Under the pieces are notes generated by a model, which was not told the origin of the DNA, did no database searches, and worked only from the letters and a program-made list of their open reading frames with translations. A stretch of DNA of 61,176 nt, taken from positions 1 through 61,176 of the IMG/VR virus record IMGVR_UViG_3300028025_001824. The stretch is one strand, 5' to 3'. The position numbers and the translations under genes are program-made. Positions 47,143-54,468 of this stretch are shown here, piece by piece (the stretch's first letter is position 1; every line of letters begins with the position of its first letter). This stretch comes from a virus (taxonomy: Duplodnaviria; Caudoviricetes).

Positions 47143-47840
47143 TACTTCACCTTTGGTTTCTTCTTCTTCGGATTCATAATTGTATCAACATGGACATCAT
47201 TGACTCCTGGACCATCTTCTTTCTCAATTTCTTCCATATCAACATAAAGGCGCTCAGCCTTACCGCCGATTGAATAACCAAGAATCTTTCCTTCTTTGAC
47301 TAAATCCCAAGCCCAAGGTTCCCAGATAACACCGAGAAATACTGTGTTTGGTGGGTATGTGTGGCTTACTTCTAATCCAGTTATAGTATTTATCGGAACT
47401 GTTAATTCGTATGGGAACGCCATAACTTCTACCCATTCTCCAGCAACCACATCGCGGTTATGCTGTAGACGGATACGGCGGTCATTGCTCTTTACATAAT
47501 CCCAGACTGCGCGTTGCAACTCATCTGAATCTGTCCATTCACCGTGAGCATCAATACGGTCTGGGATGTACATGGCTCCGAGTGTGTAGCGCTTGGCTTC
47601 CTCTGCCTTAGAAACTTCATAAGCCCCAATGCTCTTTGTGAGTGCAAAGGCATCAGGGAATGACTCTTGCGCTAGAGACTCTGTAATTTCTTCATAATCA
47701 CCTTCGCCCATAACTAGATAGGCAGAGATGTTGCGCGTTGGTGTCCAGCCTTGTGTCGGATACCAGCGTTCTTCATTGATTATGTCGAAGCGATACAGGT
47801 TAAACGGTACGCCTCTACTCATTTTGACGAAATATCTCAT
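47142..47840 (-). CDS. XkdF-like prohead protease with N-terminal extra domain
   Basis: RYTLG..Y.PD..DAHGE...LQH...W..VK.G...GYSIGG. Confidence 0.8.
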   Translation of the reverse strand: MRYFVKMSRGVPFNLYRFDIINEERWYPTQGWTPTRNISAYLVMGEGDYEEITESLAQESFPDAFALTKSIGAYEVSKAEEAKRYTLGAMYIPDRIDAHGEWTDSDELQRAVWDYVKSNDRRIRLQHNRDVVAGEWVEVMAFPYELTVPINTITGLEVSHTYPPNTVFLGVIWEPWAWDLVKEGKILGYSIGGKAERLYVDMEEIEKEDGPGVNDVHVDTIMNPKKKKPKVK

Positions 47841-50065
47841 GCTTGTCCTCCTCTCTTGGGAGTTATATTACCAACTGGGGTTGATTTAATCAAGCCAGCC
47901 TCTTGAGCGGTTTGGAATGTCTGTAGAACGAGACTTCCTGTAGCCAGAATAGACCCATAGTTAGATGGGCGGGTTACGCCCTTGGCAATTTCAATCATCT
48001 GATTCCACATACTCAGACGGCTGGAATCATTCAACTCAACCTGATAAGCCTTATAGATTGGGTGGGTTCCACCCTTACCCTCTTTATGCTCAAATGAACT
48101 TGGGGTATGCAACTGAATCTCTACCTCAATGCCGTCTTTCTTAGCCTTGATATTGACTCCATCGTAAGGGTCACCAGATTGCCAAAAGTTCTTAACTCGC
48201 AATGTGAAGCCAGATGCCTCAAGAGCCTTGACTGTTGAATCAAGGGATTGAGCGTAATTCTCATCGCCTACCTTTAGGGTATAGCGAACTGCATCGGAGA
48301 CAGCATCAGCCGCTCTTGACCTATCGCCATCAAATTCCGTAACTGCATCGCTATCAATCTTGCGAGCCAATGAATCTGTTGATTTAACTCTTTGTTCTAA
48401 TTGAACAAATTCTCCACCAGCATTTTCCTGAATGGTTTTCATTAGTTCTGTAACTTTTGGCTCAACTGCAAGCGCTCTTTCACGGATGCGCTTAGCCTCG
48501 GCAACTGCTTCGAGTGACCATTTTCCTTGAGGTTCAACATCTGGCGCTAACGCAGGAACATCACCTGTTGCACCCGTAGCCCATGCGCCGTGAGTTTTTT
48601 GGTCGTGTTCTCCATGTTTTACGAGAGGTTTCCATGCAAGAGATTTCTTTGCTGGAGCATCAATAGCCTGTCCTTCAAATCCATTGGCGGTAGACCATTC
48701 AAGAGAAATATCTAACGCTTCTTGCGCTGTTACCGATAGACGATAAACAGGTAACTTGGTGCCAGGATTATCAAAGGCAAAAGCAACTGAAGCGCCCCAT
48801 GTATGGTGACCATCAATCACGAAACCATCGCTGGAAATCAAGATTCGTTCTTTTTCTGGGATGCCGCCATCTTCGCGGAACTTATTAAAGATTGCTCCAG
48901 AGCGAGATGCAGAAATTTCTTTCTGAACTGGCTTTAGCGTGGTCGGGTCTACTTCTTCAGCCGTTGATGTAATACCCTCAGACTTTTCAATTTCAGCAAG
49001 AAAGCGACCCCGTTCTTTTCCAGGAATCTGTGGCATATCTTTACGAGCAATTCCCATACCTTCATCGCCGTATAGCAATGTACCTTCAATGCTCAACTCA
49101 GTAAGGTCTGGGTGGTCATCTCTTTTAGCCGCTTTCATTAAGAAAGCAGAAACATTTTCTTTCTCAACTGTTGGGTGACCACCAGCCAAAATTGCATCAG
49201 CGATTCCATCCGCCCAACTTCCATGGGTCTTTTGGTCATGCTTACCCTGATTGTGCTTTTCAATTTTCTTATCATCTTCAGCGACTAAAGACTCAGCCCA
49301 AGCGAATCCTGCATCTCCGCCCCAAGCATCCCAAGCAACTCGACCCGCGCTTGGATAGCCCTTTTCTCCTTGGCTAAATCCAACTGCATCCTTATCAACT
49401 TCATGGCGTGAGAAGAAAGACTTCATGCGCTTAAGTGTCTGCATAGTTACTTGCTCACCTGAAGCCAACTGGTTAGCGCGAGCGCGACCAACTCCCGTAA
49501 ATCCGCTTCCAGCCTTGCCTTCGCCAATCCAATCAAGCGCTCTACGAGCCGCGCTACGAACTGCCTTCGGAGGTGTAAATGTTTCTGCCTTCTTAAACTG
49601 GTGCATCTGGGCTAGGCGATTTTCAGCCTCAGCCTTTGTGTCGTATGTGCCAAAAGGTCGCTTGCCTTCTTCATCGTAAACTGTCCATTTTCCGTTTTCA
49701 CGGCGAATCATTTTGTTTACTTCTTCAACTTCTTCAAGGCGCATTTCGTACCCAGTAGTAGTTAAGAAAAGTTGCACATTGGCAACTGATGAACCTGTTG
49801 ATTTAATAACTTCTTCTACCATCTCAGCGGGTAGTGAACCTTTGAGAGATTCTAGGTTTGCTCCCTTGAGAGTATCTACGAGAATCTCGAACTCATCCCA
49901 CGCATCATTGGCTGGGGCTTCTAAGCCACGGCGCAACATCTCATTGATTGCTAGATGGTGGACTTCCAATACCTCTGGAGTGGCTTCAGACTTATGAAGG
50001 CGTTCGTGTAGAGCGCGTAGTTTATCCGCGCTAAGTTCTACGAGTTTTGGTGCAATATCCGCCAT
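47837..50065 (-). CDS. polyvalent head protein with ParB-like and RelA/SpoT-like domains
   Basis: LKPVQKE...DGHH; RVKS.DS..RK...DAVRYT...YDGVN...EIQLHT; two HDQ tags. Confidence 0.75.
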   Translation of the reverse strand: MADIAPKLVELSADKLRALHERLHKSEATPEVLEVHHLAINEMLRRGLEAPANDAWDEFEILVDTLKGANLESLKGSLPAEMVEEVIKSTGSSVANVQLFLTTTGYEMRLEEVEEVNKMIRRENGKWTVYDEEGKRPFGTYDTKAEAENRLAQMHQFKKAETFTPPKAVRSAARRALDWIGEGKAGSGFTGVGRARANQLASGEQVTMQTLKRMKSFFSRHEVDKDAVGFSQGEKGYPSAGRVAWDAWGGDAGFAWAESLVAEDDKKIEKHNQGKHDQKTHGSWADGIADAILAGGHPTVEKENVSAFLMKAAKRDDHPDLTELSIEGTLLYGDEGMGIARKDMPQIPGKERGRFLAEIEKSEGITSTAEEVDPTTLKPVQKEISASRSGAIFNKFREDGGIPEKERILISSDGFVIDGHHTWGASVAFAFDNPGTKLPVYRLSVTAQEALDISLEWSTANGFEGQAIDAPAKKSLAWKPLVKHGEHDQKTHGAWATGATGDVPALAPDVEPQGKWSLEAVAEAKRIRERALAVEPKVTELMKTIQENAGGEFVQLEQRVKSTDSLARKIDSDAVTEFDGDRSRAADAVSDAVRYTLKVGDENYAQSLDSTVKALEASGFTLRVKNFWQSGDPYDGVNIKAKKDGIEVEIQLHTPSSFEHKEGKGGTHPIYKAYQVELNDSSRLSMWNQMIEIAKGVTRPSNYGSILATGSLVLQTFQTAQEAGLIKSTPVGNITPKRGGQA

Positions 50066-50096
50066 GTGTACATAGTAGCGGATTGATTTTTAACCC

Positions 50097-50246
50097 TTAT
50101 TCAGATTTTTTAAGTATGGTTTGAATCTTGTCTGTAAGCGCGATTTCGTCTTGGTCGGATGAACCTGTTTCTGAAGTGAACTCAGTAACGGCAGACCATT
50201 CACGCCATGCCTTTTGAATCTCTCTTAACTTTTCATCTCTACTCAT
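50097..50246 (-). CDS. small protein (49 aa, MSRDEKLREIQKAW...)
   Basis: Read by hand; leaderless TAGGAT-6 nt-ATG. Confidence 0.6.
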   Translation of the reverse strand: MSRDEKLREIQKAWREWSAVTEFTSETGSSDQDEIALTDKIQTILKKSE

Positions 50247-50264
50247 AGCCATATCCTACCACCT

Positions 50265-52850
50265 TTAGTTATTCGCTGGAGCGGGAGCAGGTCTTTCTCG
50301 ACCTGTTCCGTCATAAATCAAGCCATCGCCATCACGGTCAATTGGTCCAGATAGGAGACTGCGACCTTCAGCAGTAAGAGGTTTTACATAATCAACGGAG
50401 AAGCCATAAAAACCTGCTTTGCCAAGCCAAGTCGGTTTTCCTTCATAATCCTTACGCCTATCGTAACCAAGCATGGCGAACTCGGCTGGGAATGGGAAGT
50501 CTGGGCTTTTCATGTCTCTCACCTCTCCCTTTTCTTCATCATAAAGTCTGCTATAAAGCGACTTAAAATCATCAATATCTTCTTGAGTAAAGAAGCCTTC
50601 TGGGGATTGTTGGATTACAGCCTCGACATAACTTTTCATTCTGACTGCCGTATTTGCAACTCGGTCTGGGTCAAAGTCGTATCCAGCATTAGCCCAATGG
50701 CGAGCGCCATCTTCAAGACCAGCAAGAACTTTTATGTAACCGAATCCTCTGTGAGTAAAGAAATCTTCAGTCTGTTGAATAAAGGCTTTTGCAAAACCTG
50801 TTCCCCTATGTTCGCCATCCATCTGTAGCCATTTATGCTCAACCGCCCAAACACCCGTAGTTGGGTCTTTGAAGAAAAGTCTCTCAAACTTTCCTACTGC
50901 GTTATCGTTTTCGTCATATACCCAGCCTTCTACATAAACCTCTCGCTTCCCGTCTAGGGCTAGGTCGCCATAAACCTCAGACATTTTTCCTGCATCAGTA
51001 ATTCTTGACTCAAGAGTTCTCTCGACACCATCTTTATCTGTATATGTATGTTCCATATTAAACACTTCTTCAAAAAATGGCATTAAGTTTTTTACAGATT
51101 TGCCAATTGCTTCTCTAATTTTTTCGGTGTAGTCATCCCGCTCAATTTCAATATAAGCCTTGATTCTTTCTTCTGTGACCCTATCGGTCATTTCATTAAT
51201 CATGGCTTGAGTAGGAGACTTTCCTTCTCTTTCTTCATAATCGTTAATCTCAGCCTGAACATAATTGGCAATAGCCTGTTCCACAAGTGGATAAACCTTT
51301 TCATCATTCAAAAGCATTTCACGCAACTCATCTTCGCTTACTGGGTCAAAAAGAGCATCTAAATCCTCAAGAGCGAAACCGCGATTTTCCCATTCAGCAA
51401 TACGGGCTTTTTCTTCATCTGTATACCCAGCGGTAGCCCAAGAGCCATGACTCGCTTGGTCATGCTGACCTTCAAGATGTTTAAGGGTAGGGATTAGCCC
51501 CGCTTGGAATTTAATAACCTTGTATTGCTTCTCAAATGTCTCTGGAACTTCCCAGAACTCTTTTGGCAGGAGAGCCACTTTCTGCTCAGCAAAGACTTTA
51601 CCGCGTGAGTTGTACCAAGAATTTTGTCCACGGGTTTCTGTTGTAAGCGCACCCCGAGCGGTCTCTGTAAACATCTGGGAGTGGTGAACCCAAGCCGATT
51701 CTTCTCCATCTTGACCGAAACCTCGACCTGTCGCCGCGTGTCCAAAGAAATCGTGAACTGCTCGGAACTTGTCGTTCTGTTCATCTGAAAGAAATGGGTG
51801 TGAGCCTGTTGAGGCTGTACTTAATACTTTTAGAACTCCCTTGCTTACATCTGCAAACATCTCTCTGGAAGTTTTGTATGGGTCATCGGCTACGAATTCA
51901 ACCTTAACGCCCAAGGTCTTTGTCATATATTCGAACTGCGCTTCTACCTCTGTAGCAAGGGCTGTGTAGGCTGGGAAAGCATCTTCATCAACCGTAGGCA
52001 ACTCATCGTAAGCATCGGCAATACGCGCCGCTCTTGCTCGGTTAGCAACTGTCTTTTGATAGTCAATGGAATCGTCTTGCTCAATTCCTGCTTTGAAGGC
52101 GTACTCTTTCGCGCCGTCTCTTGCTGACTTAACTGAATCTGGACCAAAGCGACCAGATGCCCAAGAACCGTGTGTGGCTTGGTCATGCTGACCCTCTAAG
52201 TGTTTTTCTACGCCTTGGTATCGCCCGAGGCAGACATGGGGCGATTCTTCTCGATTGCGTTGAGAATCTCCTCCGCGAACGCTTTCTTCTGCTCTGGAGT
52301 CATTTGATTGACGGGGATTGGAACTTCCACCATCAACGGCTTTTGTTGTTCTGTCATCTTCCTCATCTTTCATGTAGATATATTCATCATTGTCAATATC
52401 GTAAACAGATTGTTGGTCGTTTTTGAACCCAGCGCGAACTGCTTCACCTCTGGTGTCATAACGGCGTGAGACATCAAGGTACACGCTTCCTTGGTCTTTT
52501 ACAACCCATATACCAAAATAGGCTCCGCGCTCGCTAAGTGCATCTGCGTTCTTTTCGATGTAATCCAGAAGAATCTTTCGGCTACGGTCTCGGCTTGAGA
52601 AGAAATCATCGTAGGAAACTGTTTCCTCAGCCCCAGCGTTGGAAGCCATGTACCCGCTAGTAGGTTCGTTGCGACTAGAAATATCTAGGCTGAATCCAGT
52701 CACGCCCTTTTTACTTAGTCGGTCAATAATTCCAGTAGCGATTGTGCCACCTGTTGCCCAATTGCCGTGGGTTTTCTGGTCATGCTCACCATGCTTTTTT
52801 ACGGCTTGAATAATCTCAACATCTTCAAGAACGGTTCTAAATTTACTCAT
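50265..52850 (-). CDS. polyvalent head protein with zincin-like and GNAT domains
   Basis: YLDVS domain; FRAVHDFFGH...GEE; HRGTGFA...G.RHWA..GYDF; three HDQ tags. Confidence 0.75.
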   Translation of the reverse strand: MSKFRTVLEDVEIIQAVKKHGEHDQKTHGNWATGGTIATGIIDRLSKKGVTGFSLDISSRNEPTSGYMASNAGAEETVSYDDFFSSRDRSRKILLDYIEKNADALSERGAYFGIWVVKDQGSVYLDVSRRYDTRGEAVRAGFKNDQQSVYDIDNDEYIYMKDEEDDRTTKAVDGGSSNPRQSNDSRAEESVRGGDSQRNREESPHVCLGRYQGVEKHLEGQHDQATHGSWASGRFGPDSVKSARDGAKEYAFKAGIEQDDSIDYQKTVANRARAARIADAYDELPTVDEDAFPAYTALATEVEAQFEYMTKTLGVKVEFVADDPYKTSREMFADVSKGVLKVLSTASTGSHPFLSDEQNDKFRAVHDFFGHAATGRGFGQDGEESAWVHHSQMFTETARGALTTETRGQNSWYNSRGKVFAEQKVALLPKEFWEVPETFEKQYKVIKFQAGLIPTLKHLEGQHDQASHGSWATAGYTDEEKARIAEWENRGFALEDLDALFDPVSEDELREMLLNDEKVYPLVEQAIANYVQAEINDYEEREGKSPTQAMINEMTDRVTEERIKAYIEIERDDYTEKIREAIGKSVKNLMPFFEEVFNMEHTYTDKDGVERTLESRITDAGKMSEVYGDLALDGKREVYVEGWVYDENDNAVGKFERLFFKDPTTGVWAVEHKWLQMDGEHRGTGFAKAFIQQTEDFFTHRGFGYIKVLAGLEDGARHWANAGYDFDPDRVANTAVRMKSYVEAVIQQSPEGFFTQEDIDDFKSLYSRLYDEEKGEVRDMKSPDFPFPAEFAMLGYDRRKDYEGKPTWLGKAGFYGFSVDYVKPLTAEGRSLLSGPIDRDGDGLIYDGTGRERPAPAPANN

Positions 52851-53611
52851 TTGTCCACCCTTTGAAAGACTGCGACCTTATCCTCAGACCCTATACCTCT
52901 TTTGTACCCCAAAAATAACAAATCCGTACTGCGAGGTAATAGAACTTCTTTCTCTCTATCTGAAACTGAACTCGTATCATTGACGGAGGTTCGATAAAGG
53001 TCTACGGCAATTCCCTTACCGCTCTTGGTTGGGCTTGGAAGAATGACAGCAACGGTATCAGGTGTGTCATATATTTCGCCAAGCGCATCCCGAGCATCCG
53101 TATCTTTGGTTAAATCTATTCGTGTAGTTGATAGATAACCCTTATCTCTGAGAGTGTCGCCTGGGGCTAACTGCGCTAAAACAAAATTATCTACGACTCG
53201 GAATAAAGTTTTATCTCCGAACATATCTGGAGCCTTATCAATCAAAGAATCTAACCCATCAACCTTTTCTTGAAGAAATTTTATTTCATAAGAATCTTCA
53301 AAACCTCTTGGGTTGCGAAGAAACGCGTTTATATTTTTATATCCCTCTTGAGAATAACTATCAATAGCATCATGCTCAAAGGTTTCAACTCCAACGATTT
53401 TGCCGTCTCTGTCTACTCCATAGCGCTCGCTATAAACCATCAATGCTGGGTCATATTCAGATTCTTCATCGAATGTGCCTAGGGTTAATAATTCTGGATA
53501 ATTCTCACTTAAAGCCCAGTTACCATGAGTGGATTGGTCATGTTCTTGATGCTTAGACATGACAATAGTAAGACCATTGCTGGAATCGTATTGGAATCTC
53601 TCTAGGCTCAT
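52847..53611 (-). CDS. ADP-ribosyltransferase (VIP2/Alt-like) with HDQ tag
   Basis: Y..IN..LR, LFR, GYLSTT, EKEVLLPR. Confidence 0.82.
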   Translation of the reverse strand: MSLERFQYDSSNGLTIVMSKHQEHDQSTHGNWALSENYPELLTLGTFDEESEYDPALMVYSERYGVDRDGKIVGVETFEHDAIDSYSQEGYKNINAFLRNPRGFEDSYEIKFLQEKVDGLDSLIDKAPDMFGDKTLFRVVDNFVLAQLAPGDTLRDKGYLSTTRIDLTKDTDARDALGEIYDTPDTVAVILPSPTKSGKGIAVDLYRTSVNDTSSVSDREKEVLLPRSTDLLFLGYKRGIGSEDKVAVFQRVDK

Positions 53612-54468
53612 GGAATCAACTCTACATCCCAGACCTTGCCGCGCTGAGCCACAACTTTGAATTTGCTACCACGCGGTAATAAGAACTCAGCCTCGTTTGC
53701 ATTTCTATCCCAATTTTCTTCGCTTTGGTCTTTGTAACCTGCTGGAAAAATTCCTTTGCTACCCGCTGGTAACCTCAAGCGCATTGCAAGACCTTGGTAC
53801 ATACTCCCCGATGTTCCAAATTGCTGAGCAACTCCAGCATCAATAGTTGTAGAAACATAACCTTTATCTTCGAAAACATCGCCAACTTTTAACTTCTCAA
53901 AGAAATTTAACCCGTTGCCTTTGATACCGCGATATGCAATTACTTCCTCGCGTAGAGGAGGCGCAGTTTCAATGGCTCTATCAAGGTACTCAATAGTGTC
54001 TCTAAATGCACTTTCACTTACTTGAGGGTCTCTTAAGGCATCATTCAGACTATAGCCGATAGCGCTTTCATATTCTCCTATTGCTCGGCGGAACTCTGGA
54101 TACTTCTCCTCTGTGAAACCTTCTTTGCGTTGGCTTAAAAGCATTTCAGCAAAATAGGCATCTCTTTCTTTCATTGAGCCAAATACTTGCATCTCATCGC
54201 TATACCATTGAGCCAAATCTTCATAGTTTCCTGATGCCCAATTGCCGTGTGTTTTTTGGTCGTGTTCCCCATGCTTCTCGACCATATCCACATCTGTAGA
54301 AATATAAACCTCATCCCAATAACCTTTGGCAAGGATTGAGGTAAGGCTACGAGACTCAAACTCTTTACCGTCTGCCTTTACATGGGCATAGATAATTCCA
54401 TCTTTCATCTCATCAAAAATTACTAACGAGCCACTTTTTTTGGCATAGAGGGTCTGACCTTTAATCAT
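53608..54468 (-). CDS. ADP-ribosyltransferase (VIP2/Alt-like) with HDQ tag
   Basis: YSLNDALR, YRG, GYVSTT, EAEFLLPRG. Confidence 0.85.
   Translation of the reverse strand: MIKGQTLYAKKSGSLVIFDEMKDGIIYAHVKADGKEFESRSLTSILAKGYWDEVYISTDVDMVEKHGEHDQKTHGNWASGNYEDLAQWYSDEMQVFGSMKERDAYFAEMLLSQRKEGFTEEKYPEFRRAIGEYESAIGYSLNDALRDPQVSESAFRDTIEYLDRAIETAPPLREEVIAYRGIKGNGLNFFEKLKVGDVFEDKGYVSTTIDAGVAQQFGTSGSMYQGLAMRLRLPAGSKGIFPAGYKDQSEENWDRNANEAEFLLPRGSKFKVVAQRGKVWDVELIP

Noticed and set aside
52380-52700. YLDVS domain as a SAM lyase
   Set aside because: Resemblance is too weak to call without a structure search.
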